The notes under the pieces are model-generated. The model searched no databases. It was not told where the DNA came from and was given only the letters and a program-made list of their open reading frames with translations. DNA of 63,796 nt, the filler included, from Folioceros fuciformis (Eukaryota): assembly GCA_049999805.1 (NCBI GenBank). It is 10 parts of 10 records of this genome, joined end to end, with 100 filler letters (N's around TTAATTAATTAA, not from the genome) between each part and the next. Parts side by side here need not be neighbours in the genome. Positions count along the whole stretch, not along the records: positions 1 to 20,609 come from JBNGIO010001496.1; 9 more parts are not named here. The stretch is one strand, 5' to 3'. Shown one piece after another: positions 1 through 10,935 of this stretch. How positions within the stretch are numbered: position 1 is the stretch's first letter; each line of letters starts with the position of its first letter. Both the position numbers and the translations under genes were made by a program.

Positions 1-465
1 CTCCGCTCGCGGCTTTGCTTCCTACGGCTTGGCTCACACTTCGGCGAGTTAGAGCTCCTTGCACCTTGAGATGCCACACATGGCCACTCACTCCGATGCT
101 GCCTTGCGCACCGAGTCCGCAGTAGCAAGAGCCATAACCCTTGCTCCATAACCTAGGCTTTGATACCACTTGAAGGAACGCTCTAGGAGCTACATGGTGA
201 AGCAGAGGAGAGAAGGAGGCAAGGAGGAGAGGAGAAAGAAAGGAGTCACACTCTCAATAGAGTCTCACAATACAAGGGAGGTCAAGAGGGTATTTATACC
301 CTCTAGAAGAGCTCCCTAGGAAGCTTCACAAGAAGCCCACGGGAAGCTGCACAAGAAGCTTCCTACATATTAGCTTAAGCTAATCTAAACTAATGGTACT
401 TAATTAGACACTAATCTTATACTAAACACATTAGTCTAAGCACATTGGGCTTTAAGAACCCTACA
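1..465 (-). mobile_element. 5' end of a Ty1/Copia element: LTR 171-465, tRNA-iMet PBS 156-168, degenerate gag start running off the left edge
   Basis: Minus strand reads TGTAGGG...TTCA, then AG, then TGGTATCAAAGCC (PBS), then a gag-like WHLKVQGALTRR. The same LTR recurs at 39413-39684. Confidence 0.85.
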
Positions 466-1399
466 CCTACAACTCAGCTGCTTTGAGCCTGAATTCAGCC
501 AGACCCTCCTTTCATCGCCTGCAGCTGACCTACCCATCGTCAAGCCATGCTGCCTCCTGCTCAGTCGCCAGGACTCACCCTCGGCCAGGATCTCCTCAAC
601 CTTCCCCTGGCCGCCTTCATATCCAAACCCGACTTTACTAGCTAGGCAGCTAGATCGTCGGCGTGAGCCCTGCCTCCAGCCACCGACCTGTCTAGCCTGC
701 CGACGTCTTGATCCTGGTTCTGGCCAACCCAGTTGTCCAGCGCCGGGACCCGACACACCTCACTCCTAGGTCTCCATAAGTCAGCCCCCTTCGGCTTCGC
801 TGCCCTCCAGACTCGGACTGACCCACCTCCCAGCGTCGCCTAGCCCAGCTGCATGGCCGCTTGCGCTGGTCTCGAGTCTGCCTTCACCTGGCTGGCCTAC
901 TGCATGGCCCAGTCGAATCCCATCCATCCTAGTCTAGTGCCGTCCTCGTGCTGCAACCGACTACTTCGGCCTGACACGCCACGTCTGCCAGCCCTCACCG
1001 CTTGGATCGACCAAGGCTGGCCTAGCCCAAATCCGACACCACCTCTGCTTCCTGCCTGACTGGACCGGGCTAGGTTGCAGCCTAAGCTTCCCAACAGCCG
1101 CCAACCTTGCTGCCTACTCCTAGGTCCTCGGCCCCATGCACCTCGATCTCCATCTCCCGCTTCTCCCAACAACAGCCAGAGGACCCCCGGCTCGCCTTCC
1201 ACGACCCGTCCTAGGGTTTCCTATTCCTCCGTTACCTTACCCTGAGGAACCAGAGCCTGTGTCCTATCTACCACACAACCTACCTACCCTATCAACTTAC
1301 CATAAATCTAGCTACTATTCTAACCTAATCTCCTAACCTTTCCTCTATAGCACTCAATCACAGATCCAAAAACAAGAAAACCTATCATTTCCCAGGGGT

Positions 1400-1990
1400 C
1401 TATTTAGCATGTGGAGTCCACAGTGTACAAGCTGAGCATAGTGACCAAGAAGGAAGCAGCGGATGTGGGGCAGTGGCCATCTCCTGACAGGCTCAAGGAA
1501 GTGCGGGGCTGTGAGGCATAGGTTAGGAGGTGGTGGCAGCGCGCAAGCTAACCCTAGAGTGGCGACAAATGGCAGAAACAACAGTTGAGCTAACATCTAT
1601 TGAGCCTTGTAGGGACGCCGCACCCGGACCCATGGTGCAAGTCTAGGTTGCTCTATGGCCCAACATGGACCATTGGAAGGTCCGAGCAGGTGGACTGGTG
1701 GAGGAGTTGGGTCTTAGGTTCATGACAAAGCACTGGAATTACGCAAACCCAAGCCTGGTACGGGAGTGCGCACAGCAGTTGCGGGGTAAGGCGTCGGTGG
1801 GAGGTATCAGAGGTAGACCACAGGACTGGGATCTGGGTTTGGTCAAAGCGATGTATGGGCGCAATCCAAAGGAAGCCGGAGGACTCGTAATTGAATCCCT
1901 GCGGAATTGAAGTATGGTGGCAGCAGTAACTTCAGTAAAAGCTACTGCCACTCGTAGGAAGTATAAATAGGTTGCTTGGGAGTTACACCT
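1400..1990 (+). pseudogene. Degenerate retrotransposon-associated accessory ORF
   Basis: ORF 1665-1910 (IRGRPQDWDLGLVKAMYGRNPKEAGG) resembles the start of the broken minus-strand ORF at 43126-45267 (PRCWTVRSIR*VYGRSEEESDG). Interrupted by stops. Confidence 0.35.
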
Positions 1991-2553
1991 GGTGTTTTTT
2001 TTGGCACTAACAGGCTTAAGCATAAACAATGTCCCACATAATCATTAATGCCAATTACAAATTATCCAACTTGTTGTGCACAATTATATCCAAATGACTT
2101 TAGTACTTCACTCTAATAGAAAAGTTTTTATCCCACGGCAAACTCAAATTTGACCAAGCCAAATAGTCAAACAAGGCACAGGGAAAATTCCTTTTCCCCC
2201 ACGCCCCTAGCATGAGGTATGATGACATGATTGACCTAGCCATGAGTTTGAAAAAACCCTCCAAACATGTCCGTATCATTTGGCACGTACCCTACACCCA
2301 TGCCCAGCCACGTCATAGGCTGTGAGGTCCTCATTCAAGGCATGGTCAAGGCGGCTTGCTAGCATGACAACCATGATTAAGGCAACCCGAACTGTGCAGC
2401 GGCACACCTAGTTGGCACCTGGTGTGCAGGTAAACGTCATAAAAACTTCTGCCATGATGTTTTTTTTGTCACAAATATGTTAACATTCACGCAAGGCAAA
2501 GCGTCATAAGAACTCTAAAAACGACATTCCCTCATTGTATGTTGTGACATACA

Positions 2554-2880
2554 ATGGGGCAACCCATTTTATCGGAAGAATCCTTCAACCATGGTCGTGC
2601 CGTCATATCCCATGACATTGTTGTGAAGAAATTGCTATATATGTCTCTCGACAAGCCGGTTCTAAGTCCTTACCAACATCCACTTGGTCTAATGATGAAG
2701 CTAATTGGAACGTTCTTGAGGGAGGGCGATTGGATTGTTGATGCATGTTCACCTAGTCGGTGCACAACGTTGACAACATTGTTATGTGGGCAAAACTCCA
2801 TTGTCATTAATGTAGACAAGCGATGTGCCGAGTTTATAACAGCGCATTCATGGATATGAAGGTTTGCCAGATGCGGATGA
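2554..2880 (+). pseudogene. Degenerate C-terminal part of an N4-cytosine/N6-adenine (beta-class) DNA methyltransferase
   Basis: SPYQHPLGLMMKLIGTFLREGDWIVDACSPSRCTTLTTLLCGQNSIVINVDKRCAEFI follows the N6_N4_Mtase pattern QKP-x2-L-x3-LI-x2-F-x2-EGD-x-V/I-LD-x-F/C-x-GSGTT-x2-AA-x3-GR-x2-I-x2-D. The SAM-binding glycines are mutated. Confidence 0.6.
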
Positions 2881-4153
2881 GGAGTTGACACACGTGCCGC
2901 ATCGTCGGGAGACTTCCCAATTATGGGCCAAAGAATTAAGCCAGTTGAAAAAAAGGAGTTTCGGTCACTCAGAGTGTGCCTTTGGCACTTAGTAGGATGA
3001 CGGAGGAGATGGGTGGTGTTGGCGCAAGTGATGATGCTGAGCAAAATGAAGCACTCGTACAACCCACCTTCGAGACTACATGCCAAGGTCACACCACAGC
3101 AGGCGATGCCATGGAAGACAAATGTTTTTGAGAACAATAACATTCAACGGCTCCAAGGCATCGATGTAGTCCCAGATAGCATAGCAAGCCCTTGCTCTGT
3201 AGAGTCAGAATGTCCAAAGTAGCTTTTGTTTGTTTGCTGTTTTGTGGAGGATGTTAAGTTTAATGCAAAGGCCCTATTATTATCCTACATACGTTGGCCA
3301 CTAGGAAACAACAAAATTCACTATTAACTATTTGAAACAATGGTATGAATATTTTCTCACTACAAACAAAAAAACAAACAGACAAGCGGGGCTTATCCAC
3401 CCAAAAGGATACTGGACAAAAGGGTTGGGAAACAGTATTTGCCTATTTTGACCCTATGTAGGAAGTCTTGTTGCTAAGGTTGTCTAGAAGTAACACAATG
3501 TACATTCTTTCCCTCTAAACTTTGTCTTACAACTAGGAGAGAGCCCCTACACTCACTTTCGACTCTCACGCTTATGAGTAGGATCTTGCAAGCACCTTGG
3601 TAATATAACAACCCTAGCCTTGCGGACTATGGAAAAGGGAAAGCATGTGATATAAGTATTTGCTTGTATCACAAACTTTCCTCTAAGACAAAGAAAAACT
3701 GTGGCCATCACTGAGGTGGTTGCATTGAGACGTCCTATAGGGGCACTAAGTTGATGTAGTTATTAAAAAGATGGCCACACATTAGCAATGTCACGCCATC
3801 ATTCATGGTGTGAGAACAACAAAGTGATGGATTAGGGTGTCTCCCCATTTGGGCAACCACCATCTTCTTTCACTTTGCATTTGCATAGCAACAACTAGTC
3901 TAAGTGGAGCATGACACCAAACACAACAAGAGGTATCATGTGATTGCTATGAAGTGCAATATGGCTCCTCTTAGCCATGATTAGCATAGGGTTACAACCT
4001 TAGCGGAGATCAAATGCCAAAATGTACCCCAATTGCATAGTTTCAAAGCAACCACTAGCTCAAGAGGCACCCAAATCATCCCTACAAGAATCTTTTGTTA
4101 AGGGTAATAATAAATATCCTAACACAGATTAACCAGTTATAACCTACTGCTAG

Positions 4154-4207
4154 TTAGGTTAAAGTGAATAGACACTTTAGTTAGGTTAAAGTGAATAGAC
4201 ACTTTAG
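4154..4207. repeat. Perfect 27-bp tandem duplication
   Basis: TTAGGTTAAAGTGAATAGACACTTTAG x2. Confidence 0.9.
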
Positions 4208-4943
4208 TAAGTATTTAAACATACACAATCTTGTATTTAATTAATTCATTCAATGTTTATAACAAGCTTCCGCTTATTATCATCTTTTGGCTTATCCTCT
4301 AATTTCTCATCATGAGCATTGAACAAGGTTTCATCTATGTCAAGTAGCTAGACTTCTTCCACAACGAAGCACTACCTGTATGAAAAACATGCACTACCTC
4401 CACGAAAAGCATTTCAGCTAGTGGGCTCCTTAACACGGTCTCCCTTGGCTTTTTCAGGACCACTCTCCTAGGCTAGGCAGCTTGGCTTTTCTTCGATTTC
4501 AGCATATGGTCATAGAAATTTACTTCAACATTCAACATTTAGATAATACTATTTTTAATATTTAACGTTTATTAATTTAAATTATTTTACGCTGAATCAC
4601 CCATTGCGTGAAGACAACAAGCAGGTATGTATCCCGCCAACATTGTGCTTTTGCTGCACCCATAAGCGGCCAAGGAACGTTTCGCCTACGAGACATCCAA
4701 GGGAACGTGGTAGACTTATACAGAGAGGGGTGTGCAAATGAGCATTCAAAGCAGTTTATAACGTGATTTCTGCACATGCGTCTCGTTTACGAGAATTCGC
4801 CAAACTGCAGTGTCACTGCATGGCCTCCCCCTCCGTCGCTTCCCGCACCTTCCTTGTCCTCTCCGTTGTTGCAACCTGCCCGGCACTGCAATTGCACGCA
4901 AATTGGAATGTCTTCTTGAGTTGAGAGCAGCATTACTGCCGGC

Positions 4944-7900
4944 ATGGCAGAGGAGGGATCCGCTGTTGGCTACCTGATGCCGAACTTGTCCGAAGCTACG
5001 CCCGCGACATTCATCCACAATTTGAAGCAAGCATACGTGGATGGTATGCCTATTGCATCCTGGCTCAGAATTGGTTGCCTTCTTGCATTTGTGTAAGCTG
5101 GCGAGGTTTCCTGGCACGGCAGCACAGGGAATTTGAGACTGTGTGTGAAGTTCTCATGGCGAAAGCCGTTGGCATGGAATATGGTGCAGGGGAGTCTGTC
5201 GTGATTCTGATCGTTTTCTCCTTCGCCATTTACGTACCTGAGATGTGGTTCTGTGTTGTGATGGTCGGGGTGTTGGTTTGGTGGTTGGTTTTGAAGGGAA
5301 AGGCAAAGCTGGAATTAAATTTCAAGTACTCCGGCAGCAGGTGACCAAGGCTTTACCGACTGCACCACCTCCTGGTCCTGCAACATTCGTTGTCCATTGC
5401 ATAGAAGTGCTACTGTCCATGGAGCCACCCTTCAATGAAGGCCTTACTCATTTATTGACTTGGTCCCTCAACCACTTGAGTACGGAAGAGAGGCTTGAAA
5501 CGGATGCCTCGTGTGCCCGGAAGTTGGCTTCGCAGCTGTTTGTGAAGGCAGTAGCTGGTGGTGCCAGACTTGATTCTCGAGTTGTTGTTAGGATTGCTCT
5601 TGTATTTCAGATACAACTCTTAGACATAGGCCAAGTAATGATTGAGGATAGTACAGATGAAGAGAAAATAAAGAAAGGCAGGGCGACAGTGGAACCGTTT
5701 ATTCGTAATCTTGTCGACGAGAAATCATATACCAGTGCGGTAGCACTTCTCAAGCAGTTCGACCTTCACGATTGTACGCCTCAGGAGTTTCTGGTGAGCA
5801 TGGTTACTCATGGCCAACCTGATGCTGCTGGACAATGGGCAGCACATCTAGGCAAGGATATGTGTTGCTACCTTGTGCAACAGTGCACAGCCCTTGGTCT
5901 CCACAAAATTGCCTACAAGCTGGTCGAGCGCTACAATCTGGGCAAGATCTTTCCTGATGCCTATCAGCTATACAGGCAGAGGTACTTACCATAAGGATAA
6001 TGTTGGAGAAAGACCCTTGATTTTCCTTGTAACCAGAGGTGGCCTGGGTGTACCTAATCGTTTACTAGCAGTGCTTGGATTGTGGTTCTGCAACCGCGAG
6101 GCAACTAATTTGGCTGTCTCTGTATGTTTAGCTCCATCCGCAAACTTGTTGCCAAGGGTCTATGGGATGTGGCAGAGTCCATCGCTGTTCAAGCACATCT
6201 GGAGGAGTACTTGGTAATTGAGTGAAAGTTAATTCGTTTGCTTCAATGAAGGTGGAAGTCAATTTGTGCAGAAGACATTGACAATTGTTTGACGCCAATT
6301 TACTTCAGGTTAGCCTGGCATCAGAGAAGGGATGCACTAGTGAAGTCGCTGGTCTTTGCCAACGATCTCAGTTGGAGCATGCTGCTTGTGAATCTGGTGA
6401 GACCATAAATGTTGGTAACGTTGCACAGTTCACTTCTGGGTCCTTTCTTAGTGCTGGTAATCCATCGTTCAATTTTGTTATTCACAGTGCAGAAGGAGGA
6501 TGAAGCTGGAAGACCTCTCTACGTCCAACTGTCAGATATCATGTCTTTGGAGAATCTTTACTTTGTGGACTCTGCCGAGGGTCTTGCTTCTGCTGCTGAC
6601 CACTTCAAAGATGTCACAATCATTGGCATTGATTGTGAATGGAAAGCTAATAGAGAAAAGGGGGGCAAAGAAAACAAGGTTAGTTACTTAGTTCTTGATT
6701 CGTGGGTGTAAAGACCCTATCATTCTCTTCCAGAGAAGCCGTGCCGTTTACCAGGTCTCATGATTCTTGCAGGTGTCAATACTGCAAGTGGCTACGGCAG
6801 AGAAGGCCTTTGTCTTTGACCTAATCGTACTGTCAGAGAAAGAACCAGAAGCACTAGATAGCTGTATTATGCTGATTTTTCATAACTCGACTATTCTTAA
6901 GCTAGGTATGTTTTGTTTTCCATGCACGCTTTTGCATTAGTTTCTGCATTAGTGACCTTGTTGTTAATGTAGCAATTTTGCAGGCTATGCTGTAACCAAT
7001 GATCTGAAGAATCTTCTGCAATCGTATAGAAACCTGGATTGCTTTGGCCGATGTGAGTCTGTGCTTGATCTCCAGACTTATGCTGGTGCTACTATGAAGG
7101 GCGGTCTTTCTGGTCTCACGAAGGTATCGTCACTACTTGGTGGTTTGATTGAGCGTTTGCTTCTCTGCTATCAGTCTCCCTGCTGCAGGATGTACTGAGT
7201 CGAATTTTTGTCACGTGGGGTAAGTATCCAATGGAACTTGCCAGTGCTGTTCTATCAGCGGCGGGAATGGTGTTCACGGGCATTGTTATTTGGGGTGAAA
7301 CTGTGCAATTTGGCAGGTGGCACTTGGAAAGTCCTTGGATAAGCGCAAACGAATGAGTGACTGGGAGCAGAGACCACTCAGTACCGAACAGGTGAAATTT
7401 TTCTTTATGCCCGCGCGGCTCCTCCTATACCTTCGGCTTTTGACTTTTTTTGAGTTGTGAATTTGGGCAGTTGCATTATGCTGCACTTGATGCGGCAGTC
7501 CTCCTTTCAATATTCGGGTACTTGTCTGCAAGGTCTGAGACAGGCAGCAATGAAGCTATCCAAGATTGGAAGTCTCTGGTGGTTAGTGGTCAACCGTGGA
7601 TTCGACTTCTGTTTCCTCTTGAACTCAAACCATGCCAGATAGTACTAGTTGGGACTGGCTTTGAAATATTTTTTCTCCAGATCTCATTCCGTTCAGCATG
7701 GAAGGAAAGGACGAGTTTGGACTGTTCTGTTGAGAAACGTTCCCAGACTATTGGGAATGATGAGGCAAGCTCCTCGCGAGATAGATATCAAGCAAGTCTC
7801 AGTGTTAGAGAAGATTCTCCCTTACTGACGAGCTCTGAACCTGGCACCGAGGCATCAAGTTCTTCTGAACGTGAGAAGCCTCAAATCAAAGAGGAAGACG

Positions 7901-9800
7901 ACATACCCACTCTAATAAGTGGTGCAAGCAGTTGGGAACCAGTAGATAATTCTCGTGTCGGCAGACGGGATTCTGAAAAAGGGGGTGTGGGTGGACTTGG
8001 CAATGGTGACAACTCTGTTGCTCCCGACCCTTCGTTTCGTGATGGTGGACCCACTAACATCTTGGCAAGGAATGATACAATTGAAGTTGATCTGACAGAA
8101 GGCCAGTGTGCTGCGGAGGATGAAGTACAACCTAGAGTGGGCACGAATGTCACTGTCCTCCCGGCCATGGGAAACATCAATCTCCTCACAGAAGAGATGG
8201 CTGCCTTGGTCCACAGCCGCCAGGACTCCGTAGTGACATCTTTTGAGGATGTTGTAAGTCCCTAATGCATTTTTAAGTGACCTGGATGGCGTGTCTGCTG
8301 TGAATGTGTGCACCCATAATATGGACGTGTGCGTCTCATGTTAATATAATGGGTGCTCAACCAGAGGTCTGACAAATGTAAGGGGTGCTGTAGCAAGGGT
8401 GTCCGTCAACCCTCAGGTCTAAGAACTTGACTTGGAGAAGGCGACTTCGTCAGGGGTTCGTGGTCCTTGTATGTTCCACATAGTGTTCTTCAAAGACGGT
8501 GGAAGAGCATAAAACATACAGGGTTCTGAAATTTGATGTCCTAACAGCCGTAGTTGGGTCGAGGGCCAATTATTTCCTTTGTTTAAGTTGCTTCCTGATA
8601 GGAGTAGTGGCAGATGCCTTTTCAGCTCTTATATTGTGATTTAGTATCCATTCCTGTGAGACTTGTAGACTGAACTCATCATTGAGTAGCTTGTCTCCGT
8701 TGGGAGAGTTAAGGGAGAATTGATAGTTCTTTGTGGTGACGTGACTAGTGCAAAGGAGATTCTTACAGAACCGTGCTTGCTCTGAGGAATTGTAAGAGGG
8801 ATGTGCTTTCAGCATACGTGTTTGTTATGGTATGAAGAGTTACATTATCTCAAGGTTTTCAGGAATCATAGCAGCTGTTTAGGACTGAGGTGTTTCAAGT
8901 ATGCATGTTTTCTCTTCTTGAGTTACAGCCGGGGTTTTTTGAGTTGTGCATGCTCAACTCAACTTATTTTCCGTTGGGTCAGCCTACACCAGGGCTCTTG
9001 AAGGATGAGCTAGAGGCTGTCGCTCATGCAGCTGGGCTTCCTGCCCCTCTGTACCGAGCAGTATCCTGGGGACCAAAACGTCGCCTACTCTTCTGCTGCA
9101 TCATTCGTGTTGCAGGTGTCCACATCCTCGGAGGTCCTACCTACAGGAAAAGGGATGCCGAGTTTCTTGCAGTGCAAGCGGCTCTTTACTATTTTGCTTC
9201 AGGTGGCTGCCACATACCCTCATTATTTGTTCGTCACAAGCTTCGTGCTTGGCGAGTCTCATCTGTGAATCTCATGTTCTTTCGCAATGCAGGCCAACAA
9301 AACGTGCAAGCGTTACGAGAAAGATCCCCTCACAGAGTTTGGGGTGGTTGTATCCCTGTGGATCCGGAGATGACTATACACGAGGTAGCAGAAAAGTTTA
9401 GGCACGCTCTGCAGGTCAGAGTAGGTGTAGGTAGGTTAGCCACTAATCCCTCTTCTTTCCCTCCCACATTTCTCGTACTACCTCCTTCCTCGCTACCAGC
9501 CTGCCTATTCTTCTTCATCGATGTGCAGTGGAGCCGGAGCTTTGTATATTTTCTGCGGTAGACCAAGCCTGTAAAAATCAACGAGTTTGCATGCGGTATG
9601 TATTAGCAGTTTCTAGCAGGCAACGTCTTGTCACTTTGAAAGGTCACCCACTATATCGCGCTGCAATTCCTGTAGGGCTATTTTCCTGCTTATCTAATAC
9701 AGAACATCGTCGCAGAGGTGTGAGGAATAATGCAGAGGAGGGTGATTCAACTCGAGGTTGTTCCTGCTCAGCCAGAAGAAGAAATCGTCAAACTGGTTAG
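4944..9800 (+). CDS. Multi-exon DEDDy 3'-5' exoribonuclease (MUT-7/WRN-exo type, At1g56310/ATRM2-like) with a probable C-terminal dsRBM; 3' end uncertain
   Basis: Phase-consistent GT-AG exons at 4944-5043, 5297-5981, 6132-6213, 6309-6396, 6488-6678, 6773-6905, 6984-7123, 7317-7391, 7471-7581, 7681-8253, 8983-9202, 9293-9414 and possibly further small exons. Motifs: PPPGPATF, IIGIDCEWK (ExoI), KVSILQVAT, SDWEQRPLSTEQLHYAALDAAVL (ExoIII). Confidence 0.88.
8998..9195 (+). other. Double-stranded RNA-binding motif (dsRBM) coding exon
   Basis: LKDELEAVAHAAGLPAPLYRAVSWGPKRRLLFCCIIRVAGVHILGGPTYRKRDAEFLAVQAALYYF fits the dsRBM consensus (K-x2-L...P-x-Y...GP...F-x-C-x-V...KK-x-AE-x2-A-x2-AL). Confidence 0.75.
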
Positions 9801-10935
9801 TTGACCTCAAGTTGTTTTCTCTTTCACCTTGCTAACACTGAAGATGTCGGGGCTTACATCCACTGGTCTCTTGCCGGCAAGCCGCTGACAAGCGTTTGGC
9901 AAAGCTACGTGAACACGAACTGTGGTTTAACTTTCAGAGAGCCTTTCTGTGTAGATGCATCTTCGCGTCAATGGGGAAGGGGTGTGATAATTAGCGCAAG
10001 CTCTCCCCCAAACCAGCTACTTCCTCTGCCAAAGTCTCTAGCGTCTAAGTTCTCCGTCTTGCATGCGTTGAACGACAATCGGACAACAAGGCGATTACTT
10101 TGCGGTTTGAGTCGTCAACTGTCCTCAAGGTTTATCATGACAGGTATTCGACCTGCATTTTACCGCAATTCATTGTGAGTTACTGTACTTTGTTGATCCT
10201 TCTTTGCTCGACTCTCGTCTGGGCCGAGCTTTCCGTGGGTTACGAGGCAAGGGGATAAATTTCATTTGATGTACGATGGATGGTATGGTTGGGGATGCAC
10301 CTTATTTGTACTTCGGGATGGGAGAAAACGTGTCCTGCCTGACCAGGGGTACGAGCCATAACTACGGTACAGCATGCAGCTTCCTCTGAGCACGTTTCGA
10401 TGCAAACCAGGAGCCGTATGCCTGAAGCATCGAAGGCCCAGCCATCTCGTTCGACAACATACTAACAAGGTTGACTAATTGTCAATTTTGGTTAATTAAA
10501 ACATTAAAGTAACAAATTCAGTTCGTCAAAATCCTTAGGAAGGCGATAGCGCGGCGTGCATCGCCCACCCAGTGTTCCACCTAGGCAGACAGGTGTATTC
10601 CACAGATGCATATTCCACTATACAAAACAGGTTCACCCTCCGCACCCCTATGAACAAACGTCAAAAAGTTTGGCGGCCTACTTTCCACCGAAGATGCAGC
10701 TATAAACCAAACTTTCACACGGCTTTCGACTTCTCTGGGTCAGATTTCCGACCAATTTTGCAGTGATCTGTGGCGACCTTTGCCGCTTGCCATGTGACTC
10801 TATCCACTCTAGTTCCCGACCCGTGCCAGAAGACTGGGTTGAAAGTGACTACACATCTAACTGGGTAGCAATGCAGGAGCCCTAGATTGCATAAGTGCTC
10901 AGTTAATATGGCCGAAAGAAATGGCCTCATGTACA

